From Roseateles amylovorans (lineage in GTDB: Bacteria; Pseudomonadota; Gammaproteobacteria; Burkholderiales; Burkholderiaceae_C), in contig NZ_CP104562.2 of NCBI RefSeq assembly GCF_025398155.2, positions 1,183,602 through 1,215,601 on the forward strand: 32,000 bases of DNA. The letters run 5' to 3'. The stretch's first letter is position 1. Each line of letters begins with the position of its first letter. The notes beneath the pieces were generated by a model. The model worked only from the letters and a program-made list of their open reading frames with translations. It was not told the DNA's origin and made no database searches. Both the position numbers and the translations under genes were made by a program. This document shows positions 7,353 to 14,839 of this stretch, one piece after another.

Positions 7353-8927
7353 TCAGCGCAGGAACAGCCGATAGACGGGGTTCTGCGTTTCCTCGGTGAA
7401 CGGATAGTTCAGTTGATCGAGGAACTGCTTGAAGACCTTGGCGTCTCCCTTGGGTACTTGGATGCCCACGAGGATGCGGCCATAGTCCGCGCCCTGGTTG
7501 CGGTAGTGGAACAGGCTGATGTTCCAGTCCGGATGCATGCTGGACAGAAAGCGCATCAGCGCCCCCGGTCGCTCGGGGAAGACAAAGCGGAACAGGCGCT
7601 CATGCTCCGCCAACTCGGTCCGTCCGCCCACCATGTGGCGGACGTGGGCCTTGGCCAGTTCGTCGTCGGTCAGGTTGACGGTGGGGAAGCGGTGTTTATC
7701 GAACTGGCGGGCCAGCTTGTCGGCTTCCTCGCGTTTGCTGGTCGCCACGCCGACGAAGACATGGGCTTCCTTGCGGTCGGAGATCCGGTAGTTGAATTCG
7801 GTGACGCTGCGAGGCCCGATGAGCTCGCAAAACCGCTTGAAGCTGCCCCGCTCTTCCGGGATGGTGACGGCGAACAGGGCCTCGCGCGCTTCACCGACCT
7901 CGGCGCGTTCGGCCACGAATCGCAGCCGGTCGAAGTTCATGTTGGCGCCGCAGGTGATGGCCACATAGGTCTGGCCCTTGGTGCCATGCTGCGCCGCATA
8001 TTGCTTGATGGCGGCTACGCCCAGTCCGCCAGCCGGCTCGAGAATGCTGCGGGTATCCACAAACACATCCTTGATCGCTGCGCAGACGGCGTCGGTGTCG
8101 ACCAGCACATAGTCGTCCACCAACTCGCGGCAAACGCGGAAGGTCTCTTCGCCCACCAGCTTGACGGCGGTGCCGTCGGAGAACAGCCCGACGTCCGTTA
8201 ATGCGATGCGCTTGCCGGCGCGGACCGATCGGACCATGGCATCGGAATCGCGGGTCTGCACGCCGATGATCTTGATCTCGGGGCGCACTGCTTTGATGTA
8301 GGCCGCCACGCCGGAAATCAGCCCACCGCCGCCGATGGCGACAAAGATGGCGTCGATCGGTCCGGGATGCTGGCGCAGCACTTCCATCGCGATCGTTCCC
8401 TGTCCGGCGATCACATCGGGGTCGTCGAACGGGTGGACAAAGCTGAGTTGTTGCGCTCGTTCGAGCTCAAGGGCGTGCTCATAAGCATCGCTGAAGGACT
8501 CGCCCGCCAGCACCACTTCCCCGCCCAGGGCCTGGACCGCATCGACCTTCAGCTTGGGCGTGGTCACCGGCATGACGATGACGGCCCGACACCCCAGTTT
8601 GCGGGCCGACAAGGCCACGCCTTGCGCATGATTGCCCGCTGACGCGCAAATCACCCCGCGCGCGAGTTGTTCCGCACTGAGATGAGCCATTTTGTTATAG
8701 GCCCCACGCAACTTGAAGCTGAATACCGGCTGTTGGTCCTCGCGTTTGAGCCAGACTTTGTTGCCGATGCGCTTGGAAAGATTGCGGGCCAGGTCGAGCG
8801 AGGTTTCCTGGGCGACCTCATAGACCTTGGCATTCAGAATTCGCTGGAGGTAACTCTGGTCGGCGGGCAAAAGCGCAGGATGGCGCTGCGAAGTTGACGT
8901 GCGCGATGCGCGGCGGGTGCCGGCCAT
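7353..8927 (-). CDS. ilvA: biosynthetic threonine ammonia-lyase (threonine dehydratase), long form with C-terminal regulatory domains
   Basis: The ORF runs 7353..9011. I chose the start at Met29 (ATG 8927), preceded by GAAGGGG. It has a PLP-lysine block (PVFSFKLRGAYN) and a GGGGL loop. The roughly 520-aa length fits the two regulatory repeats. Confidence 0.93.
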   Translation of the reverse strand: MAGTRRASRTSTSQRHPALLPADQSYLQRILNAKVYEVAQETSLDLARNLSKRIGNKVWLKREDQQPVFSFKLRGAYNKMAHLSAEQLARGVICASAGNHAQGVALSARKLGCRAVIVMPVTTPKLKVDAVQALGGEVVLAGESFSDAYEHALELERAQQLSFVHPFDDPDVIAGQGTIAMEVLRQHPGPIDAIFVAIGGGGLISGVAAYIKAVRPEIKIIGVQTRDSDAMVRSVRAGKRIALTDVGLFSDGTAVKLVGEETFRVCRELVDDYVLVDTDAVCAAIKDVFVDTRSILEPAGGLGVAAIKQYAAQHGTKGQTYVAITCGANMNFDRLRFVAERAEVGEAREALFAVTIPEERGSFKRFCELIGPRSVTEFNYRISDRKEAHVFVGVATSKREEADKLARQFDKHRFPTVNLTDDELAKAHVRHMVGGRTELAEHERLFRFVFPERPGALMRFLSSMHPDWNISLFHYRNQGADYGRILVGIQVPKGDAKVFKQFLDQLNYPFTEETQNPVYRLFLR

Positions 8928-9219
8928 GGAATACCCCTTCTGGTCGCAAAGTGCCGCAATGGTGCGGCAAATGATGATAGCCAGGGTTTCTCCGCACTCA
9001 TCTGCGTCCAACCCGAGGCCGGACAGATTGGTTTCGCGGTTCGAAGAGGGTCGCTTCTTGAGCGCGCGTCAAGTGAGTTTCAACGGCGCGTTTTTCCCAC
9101 CCGCAATAGCGGTGGAAGTTGGGCTTGTGGGCCGCGTCGGACGGCTGCATCGCCGCTGCACGGCCGTGGCCATGCGGACGTTGCTCGACAAGACGGAGCT
9201 GCCGAGCTCGCTACGGACG

Positions 9220-9250
9220 AAAAAAAGCCCGAGGCTTGTGGCCTCGGGCT
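9220..9250 (-). terminator. intrinsic terminator oriented for the minus strand
   Basis: Minus strand reads AGCCCGAGGC-CACAA-GCCTCGGGC followed by TTTTTTT: a 9-bp GC stem, 5-nt loop and 7 U. The plus strand has no T-run after the hairpin. Confidence 0.8.
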
Positions 9251-9319
9251 GAATCCACCATGGAGGCGGTGGAGGAGACAATCGGTGCGGGGCTACCGCG
9301 TTGGTAGCGCTATCGCATG
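9220..9319 (-). ncRNA. candidate small RNA (about 100 nt), or a terminated leader upstream of ilvA
   Basis: It is bounded by a near-consensus promoter (see next feature) and the terminator above. It contains two further hairpins: GCTACC-aacgc-GGTAGC and UCCACC-GCCUCCAU-GGUGGA. CU-rich CUCCUCC and CCUCC motifs are present. There is no convincing ORF. Confidence 0.4.
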
Positions 9320-9325
9320 CCTAGA

Positions 9326-9366
9326 ATTCTAGGGCGGAGCATGCTGCGCTGCAATATTTTTTCCGC
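9326..9366 (-). promoter_or_regulatory. sigma70-type promoter for the candidate sRNA
   Basis: Minus strand has an A-rich tract (GGAAAAAATA), then TTGCAG (9354..9349), a 17-nt spacer, and TAGAAT (9331..9326). The predicted start is near 9319. Confidence 0.5.
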
Positions 9367-9447
9367 CTTTTGTCTCTGGGGACAGGCCTCTAATCGAGCA
9401 ATATCACCGGATGGCCGCTGGCGCGGTCCGTTTTGAGGAACACACGC

Positions 9448-9870
9448 ATGGAATGCACGATCGACTGGATGGGCCAGGACGGCATGAGCTTCGTTGCCGA
9501 GACCGGCAGCGGCCACCTGGTCAACATGGACGGCGCACCGGATGGCGGCGGGCGCAACCTGGCGCCAAGGCCGATGGAGATGGTGTTGCTGGGTACGGGC
9601 GGCTGTACCGCCTACGACGTGGTGCTGATCCTGAAGCGGGGGCGCCACGATGTTCGCGGCTGCAAGGTCCGGCTCCAGGCCGATCGGGCCGAGGTCGAGC
9701 CCAAGGTGTTTACCAAGATCCACATGCACTTCGTGGTCGAAGGCAAGGACCTGCCGCTTCAAGCGGTGGAGCGTGCGGTCGCCCTGTCGCATGAGAAGTA
9801 CTGCTCGGCCAGCATCATGTTGGCCAAGACCGCAGTGATCACCACATCGGTGGAGGTGATCGAGGCCTGA
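9448..9870 (+). CDS. OsmC/Ohr-family peroxiredoxin-like protein
   Basis: The ORF begins at TTG 9433. I prefer ATG 9448, which is preceded by GAGGAA. It has the two conserved Cys contexts (LGTGGCTAYD and EKYCSAS) and is about 140 aa. Confidence 0.88.
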   Translation: MECTIDWMGQDGMSFVAETGSGHLVNMDGAPDGGGRNLAPRPMEMVLLGTGGCTAYDVVLILKRGRHDVRGCKVRLQADRAEVEPKVFTKIHMHFVVEGKDLPLQAVERAVALSHEKYCSASIMLAKTAVITTSVEVIEA

Positions 9871-10010
9871 GTCAGGTGCACCGGGTGCATCGAGGGCATC
9901 GGCTGCTCGGTCCAGGCCCCGGGTGCTTCAGCGCAATCGGCGTCAGTGCGCATTGGCGGTGAGCTGCCGTTCAGGACAATTTCCCGGCTTGGTGGCGGGT
10001 GGGCGTGGCG

Positions 10011-10062
10011 CTCTGCTTGATGCCTCTGCTTGATGCCTCTGTTTGATGCGTTTTCTTGACGC
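10011..10062. repeat. 13-bp tandem repeat, 4 units
   Basis: CTCTGCTTGATGC, CTCTGCTTGATGC, CTCTGTTTGATGC and GTTTTCTTGACGC, between the convergent osmC-family and coq7 stops. Confidence 0.85.
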
Positions 10063-10115
10063 TTGTGCCGCCCCAAGCGCCGGTGGCCGCGGAGACCGTC
10101 CGGCCCCCACCCTAT

Positions 10116-10763
10116 TTATAGATAGTGCGCCGTTCGCGTCATGACCCGTGCGGCGACACGCATCAGCCGCTTGACCGGCGCCGGCAGCGCCACGGCGCCG
10201 CGGGCGATGGCCTCTTCCGCGTGACGGGCTTCCTCGTCCTTCATCTGGGTGACGATGGCGCGGGAGGTTTCATCTCCCTGGGGCAGTCGCTCGAGGTGGC
10301 TGTCCAGATGGGCCTCCACCTGACGCTCGGTCTCCACCACAAAGCCCAGGCTGACCTTGTCGCTCACCAGGCCGGCGGCCGTGCCGATGGCGAAAGCACC
10401 TGCATACCATAGGGGATTGAGCAGGCTGGGACGGTCGTTGAGGTCGCGCAGCCGCTCGGCCGTCCAGGCCAAGTGGTCGAGTTCTTCCTGTGCGGCGTGT
10501 TCGAGGTGGGTGCGCAATTCTTCATTGCGGGTGCTCAGTGCCTGTGCCCGGTAGAGCGCCTGCGCACAGATCTCGCCGACATGATTGACCCGCATCAGCG
10601 CGGCGGATTCGCGTCGCTGGGTCTCGTCCAAGGGCGAATCGGGACGGGTTGCGACCGGGGTTGGACGGGACATCGGGGCCACACCGGCCAGGGTTTTCAA
10701 CCCATGGTCCAGGGTGGAAATCCACGCGTCCGTTCGGGTAAGGCGCCGGGACTTTGCTTGCAT
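10116..10763 (-). CDS. coq7: 2-polyprenyl-3-methyl-6-methoxy-1,4-benzoquinone (demethoxyubiquinone) hydroxylase, Coq7 type
   Basis: The ORF runs 10116..10880. I chose the start at Met40 (ATG 10763). It has di-iron carboxylate motifs (RVNHVGEICAQ, QEELDHLAW, VETERQVEAH, DEEARHAEEA) and is about 215 aa. Confidence 0.9.
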   Translation of the reverse strand: MQAKSRRLTRTDAWISTLDHGLKTLAGVAPMSRPTPVATRPDSPLDETQRRESAALMRVNHVGEICAQALYRAQALSTRNEELRTHLEHAAQEELDHLAWTAERLRDLNDRPSLLNPLWYAGAFAIGTAAGLVSDKVSLGFVVETERQVEAHLDSHLERLPQGDETSRAIVTQMKDEEARHAEEAIARGAVALPAPVKRLMRVAARVMTRTAHYL

Positions 10764-11039
10764 CGTGTGCGCTGGGCATGCCAATTGATTCCGCAGTTTA
10801 GGGCGGTGGGGATATCCATGGCGGCAGCTCCGGTCGTCGTTATTGTGCGAATGCCTGATGACACATTTCTTTCTCTGCATACGCGTTGCACGGAGCCAAC
10901 GAAATCAGGACTTTTCCGGGGTCGCCGCTGGTCAGGGCCGATCGGAACTGTTGCAATACGGCACAGCTTCATTGCAGGAGCTTGGTTTGCGAACACCCAG
11001 TGGGGGCCGCAGGCCTCATTGAAGATCTAGGAGTCTCTA

Positions 11040-12083
11040 ATGAAGAAATCACTCGTCGCGCTGGCTGTGCTGGCAGGTTTCGCCGGTGCCGCCGCCGCTC
11101 AATCGTCCGTGACCCTGTTCGGTGTCATCGACGTCGCTGCTCGCTACACCAAGGCCAATGGCCAGAACACGTCCCAGCTGTCGAATGACGGCAGCAGCTC
11201 CAGCCGCTTCGGCGTGCGTGGTGTTGAGGACCTGGGTGGCGGTCTGAAGGCCGGTTTCTGGCTGGAAGGCGCTTTCTCCGCTGACGCGGGTACTGCCGAT
11301 TCCTCCAAGTTCTGGGGCCGTCGCGCTTCCGTGAGCCTGATGGGCGAATTCGGTGAAGTCCGTCTGGGCCGTGGCAAGACCTCGACCCGTCTGGTCGTCG
11401 ATGACTTCGACGTCTACAGCACCACCGGTCTGGGCGATGTGACCCGCGTGTACAGCCTGCTGGGCAGCGGCACGCAGACCATCAACCGCGCTGACAACCT
11501 GGTGCAGTACTTCCTGCCGGGTAACCTGGGTGGCGCTTACGGCTCGTTCGACGTGGCCGCAGGCGAAGGCGCTGTCGGCGCCAAGTCCTACGGTGGCCGT
11601 CTGGGTTGGAAGGATGGCGCGATCAACGTCGCTGCTGGCTACCAAACCACGGAAGCCGCTGGCACCGCCAAGTTCAAGCAAGCCTCCCTGGGTGGCAGCT
11701 ATGACTTCGGCATGGTCAAGGTCAGCGGCCTGCTGTCGCAGCTGAAGTTCAACAATCTCAAGCAAAACATCTACACCATTGGCGCCACCGTTCCGGTGAC
11801 GACGTCTGGTACGGTGCTGGCTCAGTTCTCCAAGTCGAGCACCAACGGTGCTGCGGACCGCATCAGCGCGCCAAACCTGGCCACTATCGGTGTTGCTGGC
11901 GACGCGAAGATGTTCACGGTGGGCTACCTTCACAGCCTGTCTAAGCGTACGGCGCTGTACGCCACTGGCTCGATCATCGACAACGACCGCGGTGCCAACT
12001 TCCGTGTTGCCACCAACGCAGTGTCCGCCGCTCCTGGCGGCAAGTCCGGCGGTGTGGACGTGGGCGTGAAGCACAGCTTCTAA
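11040..12083 (+). CDS. general outer-membrane porin (Gram-negative trimeric porin family)
   Basis: Signal peptide MKKSLVALAVLAGFAGAAAA-QSSVTLFG, alternating beta-strand pattern and a C-terminal VGVKHSF. AGGAG lies before the ATG. Frequent GGT/CGT/GCT codons suggest high expression. Confidence 0.93.
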   Translation: MKKSLVALAVLAGFAGAAAAQSSVTLFGVIDVAARYTKANGQNTSQLSNDGSSSSRFGVRGVEDLGGGLKAGFWLEGAFSADAGTADSSKFWGRRASVSLMGEFGEVRLGRGKTSTRLVVDDFDVYSTTGLGDVTRVYSLLGSGTQTINRADNLVQYFLPGNLGGAYGSFDVAAGEGAVGAKSYGGRLGWKDGAINVAAGYQTTEAAGTAKFKQASLGGSYDFGMVKVSGLLSQLKFNNLKQNIYTIGATVPVTTSGTVLAQFSKSSTNGAADRISAPNLATIGVAGDAKMFTVGYLHSLSKRTALYATGSIIDNDRGANFRVATNAVSAAPGGKSGGVDVGVKHSF

Positions 12084-12117
12084 TCCCGTCGTCGGATCTA
12101 CGGATCCTTCGGACACC

Positions 12118-12145
12118 AAAAGCCGCCCCTCGGGGCGGCTTTTTT
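12118..12145 (+). terminator. intrinsic terminator after porin 1
   Basis: AAAA-GCCGCCCC-tc-GGGGCGGC-TTTTTT. The flanking A-run and T-run make it potentially bidirectional. Confidence 0.85.
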
Positions 12146-12436
12146 CATGGCCGCTCGGATGGCGGCTCGTGCCTCCGTGCCCGGACTGTGAGGTGCCCAC
12201 TTTGGCTGTGCTCAAGGGGGCGAGTCAGGCCTTGCTTTTCGCGCGGCGATCAACGCCATGACCCTCGCCGGGCGGCAGTCGCCCAATTCCGCATCTTGAG
12301 GCTCCCTGCGAAGTAGTCACCAACTTGACAGGGTTTGCTCGTGTGGGCGATCAGCAACATGCTCGATCTTCAGTGCGAACGTTCGCTGAGAATCAATCTC
12401 GGCGAATAGACCACACCTACAAATGGAGACAGACCT

Positions 12437-13492
12437 ATGAAGAATGCTGCCATGGCGCTCGGCCTTGTTGCTGCCGGCGTCAGCTCCGCCTGGGCACAGT
12501 CCAGTGTCCAGCTCTACGGGATCCTGGATGCCGGCGTTCGCTGGACCAGCAACGCCAACGCGGGCTCGTCCAAGAACCAGCTCATTCCTGGCGGGATGTC
12601 GCAAAGCCGACTCGGCATCAATGTGACCGAGGATCTGGGCGGCGGGCTCAAGGCCATTGCCAACCTGGAGCACCGGCTGAACTCCGACAACGGCACACAG
12701 GCAGCGACGGACTTCTGGCGTCAGTCGTGGGTGGGTCTTCAATCCAGCGAATTCGGCCGCATCACGCTCGGCCGCCAATACAACATCCTGTTCGACATCT
12801 ACACGTCGACCTACGCCTCCTTCAAGTATTCGCCCTACATCGAGGCCTACAAGCCGGAGATCGGCCTATCCATGGGCGCGCGGCAGGACAACATGGTGAA
12901 GTACCTGGCCGAGTTCGGCCCGGTGCGTGGCGAAATCCAGGTGTCGGCGGGTGAGGGCAACACCCAGAACAAGTCGTTCGGTGGATTGCTGCGTTATGCG
13001 GAAGGTGCGTTCTCTGCGGGGGGCGCGTATTTGCAGGTGGAAGACACCTTGGGCAAGAAGGTCAAGGGCTACACCGCCGGTGCCGGCTACAACGACGGGC
13101 CGTGGTATCTGAACGTGTCATGGGCGACCAACAAGTTCGATCGTGGCGGCCTGCTGGGGGCGGCCTACACGTCCGGTCTGTTGGGTCCCGTGCTCAATGC
13201 CGCAGCCAATGATGTAAAGAAGCGCGACATGGTGTCCGCCGGGTTCACCTATCAGGCCACCCCGCAGCTCAACCTCGGCGCCCACTATTGGTATGCCACG
13301 CAGACCCACTATGTGGTGTCGACCAGCAAGAGCAAGGGGCATTACCTCGCGTTCGTGGCGGATTACGCCTTCTCCAAGCGCACCGATGCGTATGTCGAGC
13401 TGGACTACACCAAGCACGACGGCGCGGTCCGCTTCCAGAATGGTGCAGAGAAACGCGGTGGGGCGATCGTCGGTATGCGTCACCGTTTCTGA
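12437..13492 (+). CDS. general outer-membrane porin, second paralogue
   Basis: Signal peptide MKNAAMALGLVAAGVSSAWA-QSSVQLYG and a C-terminal VGMRHRF. GGAGA lies before the ATG. Confidence 0.92.
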   Translation: MKNAAMALGLVAAGVSSAWAQSSVQLYGILDAGVRWTSNANAGSSKNQLIPGGMSQSRLGINVTEDLGGGLKAIANLEHRLNSDNGTQAATDFWRQSWVGLQSSEFGRITLGRQYNILFDIYTSTYASFKYSPYIEAYKPEIGLSMGARQDNMVKYLAEFGPVRGEIQVSAGEGNTQNKSFGGLLRYAEGAFSAGGAYLQVEDTLGKKVKGYTAGAGYNDGPWYLNVSWATNKFDRGGLLGAAYTSGLLGPVLNAAANDVKKRDMVSAGFTYQATPQLNLGAHYWYATQTHYVVSTSKSKGHYLAFVADYAFSKRTDAYVELDYTKHDGAVRFQNGAEKRGGAIVGMRHRF

Positions 13493-13578
13493 ACGGATCG
13501 ATGCCTAAGGACACCTCATTGGTGTCTATCGACCGCCTGACGCATCGCGGCGACCCGCGACAGCGGGCGACCTGACGC

Positions 13579-13610
13579 AGGAACCGCCTTCGGGCGGTTC
13601 CTCGTTTCTG
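13579..13610 (+). terminator. probable intrinsic terminator after porin 2
   Basis: AGGAACCGCC-ttcg-GGCGGTTCCT followed by CGTTTCTG, a weak U-tract. Confidence 0.6.
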
Positions 13611-13860
13611 CCTTCGCGAGGCCAAGCCATGCACTGAGTGCGGTCACCTCGCACCGTGACGGAGCTAACACCAACTTCTGCGAAACCGCAGGTCGTTGCA
13701 GCTTTCGCGGATGTCGCGCCATGCGCACGTTTAGGGCTTTCCCAGTTGCCCTTGGCGTGCTGCGTCCCGGATGATGGGACGCTTCAAGAAGCGCGCGCCT
13801 TCGGGGGTCAGGTCATGCCAGGGTCAAACGACCAGGTGGGATCGCCGGGGCCGATCCCAC

Positions 13861-14838
13861 ATGCTGGTTTTCATTCTCCGCCGTCTGGCGCAAGCCCTGG
13901 TCGTCATGCTGACGGTGGCTTTCATCGCCTTCATGCTGTTCCAGTATGTGGGCGATCCCGTCCACAACCTGCTGGGCCAGGACGCCACCCCTGAGCAGCG
14001 CGAGCAACTGCGCCGCGATCTGGGCCTGGATCAGTCCTTCGCGGTGCAGTTCGGCCATTTCGTGGTCAATGCAGCGCAGGGCGAGTTCGGCATCAGCCTG
14101 CAGCAGGGCCGCAAGGTGTCGACCCTGATCATGGAGCGCTTTCCCGCCACGCTGGAACTCTCCGCCGTGGCCGCATTGATCGCGGTGGGTCTGGGCATTC
14201 CGCTGGGGGTCTATGCGGCCTTGCGACGCGGCAGTTTCGGCACCCAACTGGCCATGGCCTTGTCGCTGGTGGGGGTCTCGCTTCCCACGTTCCTGATTGG
14301 CATCTTGCTGATCCTCACCTTCGCTGTGCAACTGCAGTGGTTACCCAGCAATGGCCGCGGTGACGTGGTGATGCTGGGCAAGTGGAGCACCGGGCTGCTG
14401 ACGGTGGATGGATTGCGGCATGTGCTGCTGCCGGCCATCACCTTGTCGGTGTTCCAACTGACCTTGATCCTGCGCATCGTGCGGGCCGAGATGCTGGAAG
14501 TGCTGCGCACGGACTACATCAAGTTCGCCCGCGCCCGAGGCTTGAGCAACCGGGTGATCTACTTCGGCCATGCGCTCAAGAACACCCTGGTGCCGGTGAT
14601 GACGATCACCGGTCTTCAGTTGGGCTCGTTGATTGCCTTCTCCATCATCACCGAGACCGTGTTTCAATGGCCCGGCATGGGGTTGCTGTTCATTCAGGCG
14701 GTCCAGTTTCCGGACATTCCGGTGATGGCCGCCTACCTTTGCCTGATCTCGTTGATCTTCGTCGTCATCAACCTGGTGGTGGATTTGCTGTACTTTGTCG
14801 TCGACCCCCGGCTGCGGCTGAGCGGCGGCGCCCACTGA
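13861..14838 (+). CDS. ABC transporter permease, peptide/nickel (DppB/OppB) family
   Basis: The ORF runs 13771..14838. I chose the start at Met31 (ATG 13861, MLVFILRRLAQALVVML), the usual family N-terminus. It is multi-TM and has the EAA-like loop (YIKFARARGLS). Confidence 0.9.
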   Translation: MLVFILRRLAQALVVMLTVAFIAFMLFQYVGDPVHNLLGQDATPEQREQLRRDLGLDQSFAVQFGHFVVNAAQGEFGISLQQGRKVSTLIMERFPATLELSAVAALIAVGLGIPLGVYAALRRGSFGTQLAMALSLVGVSLPTFLIGILLILTFAVQLQWLPSNGRGDVVMLGKWSTGLLTVDGLRHVLLPAITLSVFQLTLILRIVRAEMLEVLRTDYIKFARARGLSNRVIYFGHALKNTLVPVMTITGLQLGSLIAFSIITETVFQWPGMGLLFIQAVQFPDIPVMAAYLCLISLIFVVINLVVDLLYFVVDPRLRLSGGAH

Positions 14839-14839
14839 C

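Noticed and set aside
9038-9045. A GGTTCGAA T-loop-like motif in the ilvA upstream region, considered as a possible tRNA.
   Set aside because: The flanking sequence cannot form a T-arm or acceptor stem, and no cloverleaf can be drawn. I saw no tRNA-like structure in any other intergenic region either.
9220-9320. Classical ilv-type leader-peptide attenuation as an explanation for the terminator upstream of ilvA.
   Set aside because: No short ORF rich in Ile, Val, Leu or Thr codons precedes the terminator. The only ATG-initiated frame lacks an SD and encodes MVDSARGHKPRAFFRP. A non-peptide leader function is still possible and is noted in the finding.
10011-10062. Possibility that the short tandem repeats (here and at 2044, 20120 and 30479) are CRISPR arrays.
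   Set aside because: The units are 11-13 bp and directly abutting with no spacers. Each array has at most 6 copies. There are no cas genes. They are simple tandem repeats.
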